A stretch of 64,000 bases of DNA. Origin: Syntrophales bacterium (GTDB lineage Bacteria; Desulfobacterota; Syntrophia; Syntrophales; UBA2210). Position 1 is the first letter of the stretch; every line of letters begins with the position of its first letter. The stretch spans positions 2,336,001 to 2,400,000 of the forward strand of contig CAXXKT010000001.1 of assembly GCA_963662405.2 (NCBI GenBank). Direction: 5' to 3'. The position numbers and the translations under genes are program-made. A model generated the notes under the pieces. That model was not told the DNA's origin. It did no database searches and saw only the letters and a program-made list of their open reading frames with translations. Positions 29,166-39,457 of this stretch are shown piece by piece.

Positions 29166-29755
29166 TGGCAACAATAGAGGTCAATCAGGTACAGCTCGCG
29201 GCTGCAGAGTTGGCGGTCAAAACGGCCGGTGGGTGCGCCCAAAAGGTCGTGTACCGGGCCATGAAAAAGACCCTGGACGGTGTCAAGACGGATGCCAAGA
29301 ACGAGGTCGGTAAAATCCTGAACACCAAAAAGGTCGGGACTATCACCAAGCCGATGAAGGTCAAGGCCGGATCGATGCGGGCGATGAATGGGAAATTCAT
29401 ATGCAGCGACAAACCGTTGTATCTGGCCGATTTCAAACACAAGCCCACAAAGCCTGTCAAAAGAAAACCGGCCGGGGGTGTGTTGGTAACGATCAGGAAA
29501 GATGAACCGGGGAAGAGAATCCCCGGAACCTTCGTAGCAATCACCGGCGGCGGATATAAGGGGGTCTTTTGGCGGGCAAAACAAGGGGGGAAAATTGCTG
29601 CGAGGCGGCCTGTTTGGGCTCCATTCGGCCCTCGCGTAACAGACTATTTGCAGGACAAGGGGCCGATACTCCCAAAGGTTATGAAGTTGGGTAGCGAACG
29701 ATTCCAAAAGAACATCAAACACGAAGTCGAATGGGAACTGAGTCAGTTGAGGTAG
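29165..29755 (+). CDS. Minor tail protein Z-like
   Basis: Basic protein with FVA...GVFWR...GP motif; position. Confidence 0.75.
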   Translation: MATIEVNQVQLAAAELAVKTAGGCAQKVVYRAMKKTLDGVKTDAKNEVGKILNTKKVGTITKPMKVKAGSMRAMNGKFICSDKPLYLADFKHKPTKPVKRKPAGGVLVTIRKDEPGKRIPGTFVAITGGGYKGVFWRAKQGGKIAARRPVWAPFGPRVTDYLQDKGPILPKVMKLGSERFQKNIKHEVEWELSQLR

Positions 29756-29759
29756 GCGC

Positions 29760-30227
29760 ATGGATCTTACTATCAGGGAACGCATTATCAGGCAATTCAT
29801 AGCACGGGCGGCCGTGATTCTGTCGTCCGGCTCTCCTCAGGTGTACGCAAATAACCTGGGGGAAAGGGTCATACGATCAAGACGAAAAGTGTCCCCCAAT
29901 GAGGCGCCCTGCATCTTTGTTTTTCCGTTTGAGGAATCGGCCGAGTTTACGCATGGTGCGGTGTGTCACACAATGCCGATAAAAGTTACAGGGTTTGTGC
30001 GCATGTCTCGGGATGACGATGAATCTGTCATATCGGAAAGTATCCTGGGTGATTTGATCAGGTGTTTTGAGGATCATGCGTGGACCTCTTCCATACTTGC
30101 TGAATCTGTCTTGTATGCAGAGGGTGGCGAAGATGAAGACCCGGACGGGGGCAGCACGATTGCCGGAGCAGCGGCGGTCTTCCACGTTAAATACTGGACA
30201 GTCAAAGGAGATCCTTACTCGCAATGA
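29760..30227 (+). CDS. Tail terminator (gpU-like)
   Basis: TIRERII N-terminus, Y...DP C-terminus; position. Confidence 0.65.
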   Translation: MDLTIRERIIRQFIARAAVILSSGSPQVYANNLGERVIRSRRKVSPNEAPCIFVFPFEESAEFTHGAVCHTMPIKVTGFVRMSRDDDESVISESILGDLIRCFEDHAWTSSILAESVLYAEGGEDEDPDGGSTIAGAAAVFHVKYWTVKGDPYSQ

Positions 30228-30757
30228 AACGAATCCTCATCATAACGGGATCGGCCCCGTGCGTGACGGATGATCTGGCCGTCTTGATCCGGGATGTGCT
30301 TATCCCGGCGGACGTTGATGCTGACTACATGGCCATAGGGCTTGATGCCGTTGACAAGCATAAAAGCCGTATTGAGTACGTGGCGACATTTCACCCGGTC
30401 GATATCCCCGGAATACACGAACGGCGCAGGGCGTCGGGTGGAAACGAAGATTTTCAGATTATCAGTCACTGGCGAACCCCGGGTGTCGATATCCTTGTCC
30501 CGGACTTTTGGAAACCGACCGGCTCCTCCTCTCTCCTTGGCGTACAGGCGGCACTGACAATCATGGACTACCAACGGGTGATCCTGTGCGGCTGCCCCCT
30601 GGACGGAAAGAACGCTGACGGATCGAGCTATGCCACGTTCCGCGAAGGGTGGAAGAAACGCGGGAAAGAGGTCAAGGGGCGGGTGAAATCAATGTCAGGT
30701 TGGACACTGGAATTTCTCGGAGCCGCCACAATCGAATGGATCGGAGAGGATAGATAA
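30224..30757 (+). CDS. Maf/DUF115 sialyltransferase-like fold protein
   Basis: LIITGSAP and GSSSLLGVQAAL..MDYQRVILCGCPL motifs. Confidence 0.55.
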   Translation: MKRILIITGSAPCVTDDLAVLIRDVLIPADVDADYMAIGLDAVDKHKSRIEYVATFHPVDIPGIHERRRASGGNEDFQIISHWRTPGVDILVPDFWKPTGSSSLLGVQAALTIMDYQRVILCGCPLDGKNADGSSYATFREGWKKRGKEVKGRVKSMSGWTLEFLGAATIEWIGEDR

Positions 30758-30758
30758 C

Positions 30759-31031
30759 GTGGAAGTAGATAAAGACAAAAATATTTGCGGGCTCCACGGG
30801 CAGGTGGAGTCTTCGATATTGCGGGCCATGTCCGCGATCGAGAGGGATCAAGATATCCCGGATGCGGCAAAGCAACGGGTCAACCGTATCCTGAAGGAGG
30901 GTGCTGAAAAGGTGCGTATGGCCCTGGTACGCGGTCAGGCCATGGAGAGGAAACTTGTGGAGTACCGGCGGGCCATAGAGCGGTGCGGCTACAGGCGCGA
31001 AAAGGACGGAGTTATCCAACCGAAACAATAG
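30759..31031 (+). CDS. Hypothetical helical protein
   Basis: Tightly packed between the two GT-like genes. Confidence 0.6.
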   Translation: MEVDKDKNICGLHGQVESSILRAMSAIERDQDIPDAAKQRVNRILKEGAEKVRMALVRGQAMERKLVEYRRAIERCGYRREKDGVIQPKQ

Positions 31032-31041
31032 GAGGGAATGG

Positions 31042-32397
31042 GTGAAAATATCTGAGCTCAAAGGCAAGTATGCAGGGCAAAACTGCTACATCATAGGAAG
31101 GGGACCCTCATTGCTGAATATCGAACGGGACATGATCGGGCCGGGACTCGTTATCGTCATCAATGAGGCCATTCAGAATGTTTGTGCTCTGGATCTTCCA
31201 AACGATATTTATAACCAGTGGCGAAACGGAGACGTGCCGCCTGACACCCTGGACTATCTGAGGGACACGGACACCCTGATTCTCTGCGACAATCCCGTCT
31301 TGGGGGACCCTCCATCATCGACGCTGTTCATGGGCTACCCGAACCGATACACCTTCGAGTGTGCGCATGACCTCGGAAAAGTGCCGGCGACCATGTTCAG
31401 TCACGCGGCCGCCTTTGAAATCGCATATCAGATTTTGGGGTGCCGGAACTTTATCATGATGGGGTTCGATTCCTTCCGGGGCGAGGACCGCACCGTCCTC
31501 AAAGATGGGTTTGTACCGTCGGAGTTGAGGCCGGGTGATTACGCGGAGCAAATACAGGTTATGGGACGGCTCATAGATGCGAAACCGGATGTGACCGTGA
31601 AATGGTTTTTCCCGGATGGAGATGTTTCTTCTGTCAAAGGATCATCCGTCACGGTTATCACCTGTACCGGGGACCGGCCGGAAGCTTTCGCGTTGTGCCG
31701 GAAATGGATTGAGCACCAAACCGTTCAGTCTTTCCAGTGGATCGTGGTGGACGATGGGAAAACCAAGATGAAGGGTATCCCGGACAACTGCGACTATGTC
31801 AGGCGTGCCCCGAAAAAGAACGACCCGAAGCATACCCTTTTGCTCAACCTGAAGGAAGGATTGAAGCGGGTCAAGGGCGATCGAGTTTTGTTTTTCGAAG
31901 ACGATGAGTATTACGCGCCCGGATACATAGAGGCAATGTGTAACCGGCTTTGGGATTACGAAGTCGTGGGGATAGGGCGGAGTAAATACTACCATCTGCG
32001 AGGCGGGTGGTCGATTGATCACAATCTCAATCATGCCAGTCTCGCGGAGACGGGCTTCCGGGCTTCATTCATCGACAAGGTTCTCTCGCTCTGTGACGGA
32101 CGGGATATGTTTCTAGATATCCGGCTGTGGAAGATCCTGAACGGAGACATCGCCCCCAAGTGTGACGCGCACGACATGACCGAACGGGAGCGGGTCACAC
32201 GGGACCGGCGCGGGATGATCTTCGATGATTACGAAAAGTGTCTGTATGTCGGGATCAAGGGCATGCCCGGCCGTCCGGGTATCGGGACCGGGGGGCATAA
32301 GTTTGGAGGTTATACGGTGGATGCGGACTTCTCTACCCTGAAAAAATGGATTGGGGAGGACGTACAATATTACGAGCAATACATGAGGAGGAGGTAA
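31042..32397 (+). CDS. Two-domain glycosyltransferase: Maf/DUF115-like N-domain + GT2 (GT-A) C-domain
   Basis: LKGKYAGQNCYIIGRGPSL, LGCRNFIMMGFD; then VTVITCT..R, WIVVDDG, FFEDDEYY. Confidence 0.8.
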   Translation: MKISELKGKYAGQNCYIIGRGPSLLNIERDMIGPGLVIVINEAIQNVCALDLPNDIYNQWRNGDVPPDTLDYLRDTDTLILCDNPVLGDPPSSTLFMGYPNRYTFECAHDLGKVPATMFSHAAAFEIAYQILGCRNFIMMGFDSFRGEDRTVLKDGFVPSELRPGDYAEQIQVMGRLIDAKPDVTVKWFFPDGDVSSVKGSSVTVITCTGDRPEAFALCRKWIEHQTVQSFQWIVVDDGKTKMKGIPDNCDYVRRAPKKNDPKHTLLLNLKEGLKRVKGDRVLFFEDDEYYAPGYIEAMCNRLWDYEVVGIGRSKYYHLRGGWSIDHNLNHASLAETGFRASFIDKVLSLCDGRDMFLDIRLWKILNGDIAPKCDAHDMTERERVTRDRRGMIFDDYEKCLYVGIKGMPGRPGIGTGGHKFGGYTVDADFSTLKKWIGEDVQYYEQYMRRR

Positions 32398-32403
32398 ACA
32401 CAC

Positions 32404-33414
32404 ATGAACGCTGAAAACGCAAAATTGCAGTATGAGGCGGGTCAAAATCTGGTCCCGTATACGGCTTTGACCGATCAGGGAGACCACAAGGATTTTCGGG
32501 GTGATGATGAGCTCTGGAGCAACAAGGCCGGATTCAAGCCGGTGATCAGGGCAAACGGTGTGGTCAGTGGCGGCGCCATTACGCCGGGGGCGGCTGAGAA
32601 TACCGTCGCAGTTGCCGCGCTCAAAGTGAACCTGAACGGAGCGCAGGTGGAGGTTGAGGCTGACTCGGCCGTATCGGTCCCGCGTCCGACAAGCACCCAT
32701 ATCAAATACTCAATCACCATCAATGCATCCGGGGAAATCGCGGTCGTGGCAGGAGAAGAACACACGGCCTTTGCAACGGACCGGGGTGAGGATGGAGCCC
32801 CTCCGTATATTCCCTTGGACAGTGTCGAAATCGGACAGGTCTGGCTCTCCTCTTCGGACTCCGCCCTTGTTACGGCCGATGAGATCAAACAGGTGTGGGG
32901 GTCACACATGGAGCGGGCCGAGTATCCGACTCACACGATCAAGCATTACAATGTTTCGGACGGGATCATCGGTTGTGCCGGGATCGTCTTTGCTTCGGCT
33001 CTTCCCCTGATACACTCCGCAACATCCCCGGTGGACGGGGTCGCAAAGGCCGTCTATGCCCAGTACTATGAGCCGGAGTTTGCGGACATTCCGAAATCGA
33101 GCGACTTTGTACCGCCCGGAAAGTCCTACTCCGTGAGCTCCAAACAGATCTATCAGGAGACGATGGGGAACACATCCTCCTCACTCAATCAGGGATCGTT
33201 TACCGCGTACCTCGGGGATGGGAGCAATGATGGTCTCCGGCGCGAGACTGGACAGTGCATCTTTTTCAAGTTCTTCCAAAACCGACTCAATTCCTTCCCG
33301 TGCGTGCTGAGTCAAGGAACGCTCGGGTATCAGCTTTCCTATCCGGCGGCCGATCATATTTCGGCGGCGTGTACGATCAGCGCGGAGAAACCGGCCGAGC
33401 ATATCCTCGGGTAA
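32404..33414 (+). CDS. Major tail (tube) protein, putative
   Basis: Directly upstream of the chaperone and tape-measure genes. Confidence 0.6.
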   Translation: MNAENAKLQYEAGQNLVPYTALTDQGDHKDFRGDDELWSNKAGFKPVIRANGVVSGGAITPGAAENTVAVAALKVNLNGAQVEVEADSAVSVPRPTSTHIKYSITINASGEIAVVAGEEHTAFATDRGEDGAPPYIPLDSVEIGQVWLSSSDSALVTADEIKQVWGSHMERAEYPTHTIKHYNVSDGIIGCAGIVFASALPLIHSATSPVDGVAKAVYAQYYEPEFADIPKSSDFVPPGKSYSVSSKQIYQETMGNTSSSLNQGSFTAYLGDGSNDGLRRETGQCIFFKFFQNRLNSFPCVLSQGTLGYQLSYPAADHISAACTISAEKPAEHILG

Positions 33415-33423
33415 GGAGGGGCC

Positions 33424-33936
33424 ATGTCCTTTGATGCAAAGAAGTTTATGAAGGAAAAATGGGTTCCCCGGACTGCAACTGTTCCGGTTGAAAACCTCGC
33501 GGACTATTTCCCTGAGGGTGAAAAACCAGAATGGACGGTCCGGGGCCTTACCGGGCATGAACTAGGTCGGATCAGAACCGCACCGGAACGGCTCAAGGCC
33601 CTGGAGAACCTTCTCGAGGGGCTGGCATCACAGTCCGCCTCACAAACGATTGAGGGGGCAAAGGAGCTTATCGGTATAGGCAACGAAACTCCTTCTGACG
33701 TCGCAAAGCGTATTGAGATGCTTGTCATTGGGTCAGTAGCACCGGAGTGTCCCCTCGAACTATCAGTAAGGATCTGTGAGGCGCGCGGGACAGAGTTTTA
33801 CTTGCTCACGACGAAGATCCTTGAACTCACCGGGCTGGGGCATGAACCGGGAAAACGGAAATCCTCTGGCGAGACAGCCGAGTCCAAGCCGGACTCACCC
33901 TCTGCCACGTCAGGGGAAAGTTCCTCTACGAAGTGA
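33424..33936 (+). CDS. Tail assembly chaperone (gpG-like); -1 frameshift product ends at 34025
   Basis: G GGA AAA slippery site at 33849-33855; the -1 frame is open to TAA 34023-34025. Confidence 0.85.
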   Translation: MSFDAKKFMKEKWVPRTATVPVENLADYFPEGEKPEWTVRGLTGHELGRIRTAPERLKALENLLEGLASQSASQTIEGAKELIGIGNETPSDVAKRIEMLVIGSVAPECPLELSVRICEARGTEFYLLTTKILELTGLGHEPGKRKSSGETAESKPDSPSATSGESSSTK

Positions 33937-34024
33937 TGCCGGACTTTTTCCCGGAGGGGTTTGTGACCAACACGGAAATTGCGCTGTGGGACAAGTACTA
34001 TAGGCAGAGGGCGAAAAAGAAATA

Positions 34025-36706
34025 ATGGCCGACCTGAGCAAAACCGTTGAGATCATCTTTAAGGGTGATGATCGTCTATCAAGTGCCGTTACCGGGATCG
34101 AAAGCAATTTCGACTCTCTCACCGGCAAGTTGAGTGACGTTGCCGCGCCGCTGGCAAGCACGGCGGAGGCGGTACTGAAAGTTGAGGGTGCCCTGGCCGC
34201 CCTTGCCATTGGCGGAATGGCTCTGGCGATCAAGGCCGCCGGTGATTTCGGTGGACAGTTCAGCGAAATCACCACCCTGTTGGACGACGTAGGCACCCCG
34301 ATTGATACATTTCGGAACGATGTGCTCGAATACTCAAAAGACAGTGTAAAGTCTATTGAGGAGATAAACGGGGCCGTCTATGCTGCCATATCCGCCGGAG
34401 TCGATTACAAGGATAGTATCGATTTTGTCACTGAAGCGGAAAAGCTGTCGGTTGCTGGGAAGGGAGACCTGAACAGTACAACCGTCGCATTAGTTTCAAC
34501 CCTGAATGCATATGGTGCTTCGACGGATGAAGCGGGTCGTTACAGTGATATCCTGTTTCAGACAGTCCGGGCGGGGCAGACCACCCTCCCGGAACTCGCA
34601 ACTTCTTTGTCACAAGTTACGTCAATAGCAGGGGCCGCAGGTATTCCATTTGAAACATTATCGGCGGCGATTGCCACCCTCACGGCAAAAGGTATGCCGA
34701 CTGCGGAAGCCATAACCGCCATTAAAGGCACACTCACTGCTATTATCTCACCTTCGACCGAAGCCGCGACAGCCGCAGAACAACTCGGGATAGATTTCAG
34801 TGCGACGGCACTTAAATCAAAAGGCCTTGAAGGTGTCCTTCAGGAGGTCATGACAGCCACCCACGGGAACATTGAAGAGGTCTCTTCGCTGTTCGGGAAC
34901 GTCCGGGGGCTTTCCGGTGTGCTTGGGTTGGCGTCTGACGATTCGGCGTTATTCTCCGCGAATCTCCTGAAGATGAAGGAGTCTTCCGGGGTCGTCAATG
35001 AAGCATACGAGAAAATGGCGGATGACATCAAGCTTATCAATCAAAACCTTGCCAACAATTTCAGGGCTACACTGGTTCAGATCGGAGACAATCTGCTCCC
35101 GACATACTCTGATATCGCAGGGAACGTAGCCGGGATATTCTCCGGCATTGGTGATGCTGTGCAATCTGGGGCATTTGATCCCATATTTGACTTGATTAAC
35201 GATTTTGGGGACAGGGTTTCCACGATCCTCGGAAACATCAAGGAGAATCTGCCTGAAGCATTGGAGGGGATAGATTATACGGACCTCATCGCATCTCTGA
35301 AAAAGTTGGGAGGTGCCGTATCAGACGCATTTGAAAGTGTTTTCGGGGAAATGGATCTGACGACGGTGGAGGGGCTTGAAACCGCCATACAGAAGGGTGT
35401 TGATGCCCTGGCAGCATTACAGAATGTCGTAACCGGCGTGATTAAGGGAATGGACCCTCTTTTTAAAGCCCTCGGATTCGGGATAGAACATTTCTCTGAG
35501 ATGGGAGATAAGGCCGCTGAAACGGCTGGGAAAATACTGGGGTGGGGTAAGACTGCCTCTGTCGTGTTGGAGTATTCGGGAATTTTTAAGACGTTCATCG
35601 GTCTGCTTTCAGGATCGATCATGATAAACGCTGTGGCCAACATCGTCAGCATGGGTAAGGCGTTAATCAGCATGGGTGGCACATTAGGCGTGATCGGAGC
35701 GGCAGGAGGTCCGCTGGTTGTCCTGACTGCTGCTATAACGGCAATCACCGGAGCATGGAAATATTCAACTCTGGCGGCCCAAGATGAAGACAACGCGCTC
35801 ACCACAGTAAGTACATCAATTTTCGGGTTGATAGATAAGTATGGACTCCTTACCGGCGTCACTGATGAAGACCGAAAAGCGAGGGAGGCGGCAAATGTAG
35901 CATTTGAGGAAGCCAAGAAAAAAGCGGCCGCGTTAAACTCTGAGCTCGAAAATGTCCCCGGAAAAAAGACCACCGAGCTGGAAGCCTTCGGCTATGAAGA
36001 CGCTCTTAAAATGGTCAAGGAGGCCATGGGGACCATTGAGGAGGTACCGGATAAAAAGACCACTGAGCTGGCGGTGGAAGGAGACCCCGACGAGGCGGAG
36101 CGGGTCGGGAATCTGCTTATTGAACGATTACCGAACGAAGAGATCATCATCACAAAGGTCGAACCGGATGATGATTCAATTGAAGAGACGAAGAAAAAAA
36201 TAGACGAAGAAATCCCCGGTCAGAAAGAACTTGAGATCCAGACGAAGCTGGACATTGAGCGGATAAAGGCCATGAGCGATATCGTTCAGGAGTCTATAAA
36301 GTGGAAAGCTGAAATCGATATCGCGGAGATTGAGGCCGGAACGGAACGGATAAAGACTGCCTTTGAATCCGTCAACGTGGGAATCGAAAGCACGGGGGAG
36401 GTATTGGGGGACATATTCGCTGTCCTGGGAGACGCGGAAGACAGGCGGGTGCAGCTTGATATGTTTGACCTGGCTGATCGTGAAATGGTTCTCCGTGAAA
36501 AGGAGTTTGCGGCACAGCAGAAGTTGATCAATGCCCAGGTAAAAATGATGCAGTCAAAGACCGAAGCCCTGGAGCGTGGTGACGCGATGATATCAATAGA
36601 CGGGTCGGGGCTGCAACCGCACTTGGAGGCATTTATGTGGGAAGTTTTGGGCGCGATACAGGTCCGGGCGAATGCAGAAGGTTCAGAGTTCCTTTTGGGG
36701 ATATAA
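34025..36706 (+). CDS. Tail tape measure protein (TP901 family)
   Basis: 893 aa Ala-rich helical protein; LNAYG..A..DIL..TV..GQTT..EL core. Confidence 0.93.
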   Translation: MADLSKTVEIIFKGDDRLSSAVTGIESNFDSLTGKLSDVAAPLASTAEAVLKVEGALAALAIGGMALAIKAAGDFGGQFSEITTLLDDVGTPIDTFRNDVLEYSKDSVKSIEEINGAVYAAISAGVDYKDSIDFVTEAEKLSVAGKGDLNSTTVALVSTLNAYGASTDEAGRYSDILFQTVRAGQTTLPELATSLSQVTSIAGAAGIPFETLSAAIATLTAKGMPTAEAITAIKGTLTAIISPSTEAATAAEQLGIDFSATALKSKGLEGVLQEVMTATHGNIEEVSSLFGNVRGLSGVLGLASDDSALFSANLLKMKESSGVVNEAYEKMADDIKLINQNLANNFRATLVQIGDNLLPTYSDIAGNVAGIFSGIGDAVQSGAFDPIFDLINDFGDRVSTILGNIKENLPEALEGIDYTDLIASLKKLGGAVSDAFESVFGEMDLTTVEGLETAIQKGVDALAALQNVVTGVIKGMDPLFKALGFGIEHFSEMGDKAAETAGKILGWGKTASVVLEYSGIFKTFIGLLSGSIMINAVANIVSMGKALISMGGTLGVIGAAGGPLVVLTAAITAITGAWKYSTLAAQDEDNALTTVSTSIFGLIDKYGLLTGVTDEDRKAREAANVAFEEAKKKAAALNSELENVPGKKTTELEAFGYEDALKMVKEAMGTIEEVPDKKTTELAVEGDPDEAERVGNLLIERLPNEEIIITKVEPDDDSIEETKKKIDEEIPGQKELEIQTKLDIERIKAMSDIVQESIKWKAEIDIAEIEAGTERIKTAFESVNVGIESTGEVLGDIFAVLGDAEDRRVQLDMFDLADREMVLREKEFAAQQKLINAQVKMMQSKTEALERGDAMISIDGSGLQPHLEAFMWEVLGAIQVRANAEGSEFLLGI

Positions 36707-36709
36707 GAG

Positions 36710-37066
36710 ATGATCGCATTCACTTCGATAGAATATGATGAGAACGGGTCTGTATTTTTGTATGACTGCGAACTCGAAGAGGTCAGAAACACCACCCGGC
36801 GGGTCTCGCGCACGAAAACCCTGGACGGCGGATGCGTGATTGTTGACGGTGGTTACTCAGATTCGGACCGTACATTCAAGGTCTTTCACAGGTACGATGA
36901 GCAGAAATATGCTGTTTTGGAGCACCTGCACAAAGAATATACCCTGATATATATCACCACACGCGAGGGCTATTTCACGGGGGTGATCTCGGCGGTCACG
37001 CTTTCAGGGGACAATCCGCTCCTCGTAAAACTCACAGTATTAATCAAAGATAAATTATCAGCATAG
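36710..37066 (+). CDS. Distal tail protein, putative
   Basis: Follows the TMP; RRVSRTKTLDGG..I.DGG motif. Confidence 0.6.
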   Translation: MIAFTSIEYDENGSVFLYDCELEEVRNTTRRVSRTKTLDGGCVIVDGGYSDSDRTFKVFHRYDEQKYAVLEHLHKEYTLIYITTREGYFTGVISAVTLSGDNPLLVKLTVLIKDKLSA

Positions 37067-37076
37067 GGGGTGTGTC

Positions 37077-37508
37077 ATGTCTGTAACATTAACACTCAGC
37101 AATCATTTCAAGTATCAGGTTGCGAAGGGGAACATCGATCTTTCGGGTGATGTCCTGAAGATCATTCTGATGAACAACACGTTCGCGTTTGACAAGGACG
37201 CTGACGCGACACTGTCAGATGTGACCTCGGATCAGCTTTCGACCGGGAACGGATACACGCAGGACAACAAAGAGCTTGCCAGCAAGTCGCTGACCGAAGA
37301 CGATGAAAACGACAAAGCAACGATGACTTGCGACGATGTATCATGGACGGCTGACAGCGGGAGCATAGGGCCTACCGGCGCGGCCATTATTTATGATGAC
37401 ACCACGTCAGATGATACGGTCATAGGCTGTATTGACTTCGGGGAAGATTACACGATCCCGGACGGGTCCAGCTTTCAGATCACAGATATTGAAATCGATC
37501 TGACATAG
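37077..37508 (+). CDS. Virion tail-associated protein
   Basis: IDLSGD.LKIIL, GNGYT, DDVSW; position. Confidence 0.6.
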   Translation: MSVTLTLSNHFKYQVAKGNIDLSGDVLKIILMNNTFAFDKDADATLSDVTSDQLSTGNGYTQDNKELASKSLTEDDENDKATMTCDDVSWTADSGSIGPTGAAIIYDDTTSDDTVIGCIDFGEDYTIPDGSSFQITDIEIDLT

Positions 37509-37517
37509 GGGGTTGTC

Positions 37518-39455
37518 ATGGCTTGGCTCTCCGGCTGGGGCAAACGAATCAAGCTGACCATTGATTCGTCTAAAATCGATTCAAATCTTTCGCACTTCCC
37601 CGTTGCTGTGGTTCTCTCTTCCACACACGGGGATTGTGTCTTTGACGAGTTGGGTTCTGACGCCAACCGTTTTAAAATCGCATTCACAAAAGCCGACGGC
37701 ACAACGCAGCTTTACGGCGATATCGAGCTGTGGGATGACGCGAACGAAAAGGCCGTCATTCACGTTTCTGGATCCGGTTGGTCAATATCCTCGTCGGCGG
37801 ATACTGACTTTTATATGTACTACGATTCGGAGCATGGCGATAATACCTCCTATATCGGAGACACCGGGGACACGGCCGCGCAGAGCGTGTGGGATAGTAA
37901 TTTTGAGCAAGTCCTGCACATGCAGGATGAGACGACCACCACCATAGCGGACGCCACTTCCCAAGAAAACGACGGCACAAAGACCTCTGAGGGGAACCCG
38001 ATCGAAGTTGACGGGCAGATAGGGAAGGCTCAGGACTTTTCAAGCGACAACATCTCCTACACCATATCAGGGGACGTGACCTATGTCACGATCGAAACCC
38101 TTTTGAAGCCCGACAACATCACGTCCGGTCAGTATATCAGTGACAACGGCGGAAACCGGATGGCCCCCATAGTGGGGTATCAGAGCGGATATTACAATAT
38201 TTACGGGGGGGGGTATCCCACCGGATCTGCGTCTGACTCACAGATTGAGGCAACGGGCGTCGGAAGTTGGGATCTCCTGACATGGGTCAGAGAAGATGAC
38301 ACCATTAAGGGATATCTCAATGGTAGCCTAGTCGTTAATGTGAGCATTTCCGCTGGTAACTTTGCTCTTGGCACGAACGGAGTTATCGGCAAAGCTGGAT
38401 CAGGGTCAAATTATTTTGACGGAACAATCTGTGAGCGTAGGCTGTCCATCGGATCGTCTTCTGCCGCCGGTCGCTCCGCCGCGTGGATCAAGGCCACCTA
38501 CAACACCCTTTTTGATTCTCTCCTGACATACGGAAGCGAGGAGGAAGAAGAGACTGGGGATACTGTCACCTGTCCCTCTCCCTTTACTTTCGAAACCAGC
38601 CTTCAGGGGAATATCACGATTGCTTTTGTCCCCGGCGTTCTCTCAGGGCAAAACGGGATACAGGCAAATGTCGAGGTTTCGCTTTCTATCTCTCCTCTCA
38701 CGGTACAGGGCGAGTTGCACGCGGTTATACCTGGAGCGGGGGATACCGTTGCGTTGACGGAACCCCTTTCCCTCGAAACATCACTTGCAGCCGCCCTGAA
38801 AATCGGCATTTCTCCACCTCCCCTCACGGCCGATGGGTCAATTGTTGGCGTTCCGGGCGTTGCAATAGCAATATCGGCCGGTGCACTCAGTGTTGAATCG
38901 AGGCTGTTCGGAACCCCCGTTGAGCCCCTGTCTCTAACCGGCTCGAACCGCGTTTATATCTTTACACTGACCGGAGACGCTGATGGGTTGGATGATATCG
39001 TGATTCCGATCAAGTCTTTTCAATCTCGCATCAGAAGCGGAGACCCTACATATCTGAGCGTGGTCATTCCGGGGACAGACTATCTCGCTGACATTTATAC
39101 TCGTGGGAATGGAGACCTGATTGTGCGGATGGGTTACAAAAAAGACGGGGAGGTCCTGATATCTGAGACGATAGCAAGGGTCGAGATGGAAAAAGTCCGA
39201 TACGACAAAGGCGGGACAAACAAATCAGTTACTCTTTCAGGGTATAGAACGGAAACCTACGAAGCGAAGACGGTCGATCTCCACGAAGTGACATATTCCT
39301 CGTTAAACGACGGGACTTTTCGGGTGCGGTGTAACCCGGATCTGTATGTGAGGCCGGGCGATCATGTGTATACGGACGATGAGGATTTTGATGTATCGCT
39401 TATCACGTACTCAGTGACTCCGGGGCAAGAGTTATTTGAGGTTGCAGGGGTCTGA
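37518..39455 (+). CDS. DUF2341 + LamG/ConA-like tail adhesin fused to a hub-like C-terminal domain
   Basis: WLSGWGKRIKLTID, LSHFPV, YMYY, YFDGTICE.R, RSAAWIKATYN. Confidence 0.75.
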   Translation: MAWLSGWGKRIKLTIDSSKIDSNLSHFPVAVVLSSTHGDCVFDELGSDANRFKIAFTKADGTTQLYGDIELWDDANEKAVIHVSGSGWSISSSADTDFYMYYDSEHGDNTSYIGDTGDTAAQSVWDSNFEQVLHMQDETTTTIADATSQENDGTKTSEGNPIEVDGQIGKAQDFSSDNISYTISGDVTYVTIETLLKPDNITSGQYISDNGGNRMAPIVGYQSGYYNIYGGGYPTGSASDSQIEATGVGSWDLLTWVREDDTIKGYLNGSLVVNVSISAGNFALGTNGVIGKAGSGSNYFDGTICERRLSIGSSSAAGRSAAWIKATYNTLFDSLLTYGSEEEEETGDTVTCPSPFTFETSLQGNITIAFVPGVLSGQNGIQANVEVSLSISPLTVQGELHAVIPGAGDTVALTEPLSLETSLAAALKIGISPPPLTADGSIVGVPGVAIAISAGALSVESRLFGTPVEPLSLTGSNRVYIFTLTGDADGLDDIVIPIKSFQSRIRSGDPTYLSVVIPGTDYLADIYTRGNGDLIVRMGYKKDGEVLISETIARVEMEKVRYDKGGTNKSVTLSGYRTETYEAKTVDLHEVTYSSLNDGTFRVRCNPDLYVRPGDHVYTDDEDFDVSLITYSVTPGQELFEVAGV

Positions 39456-39457
39456 TA

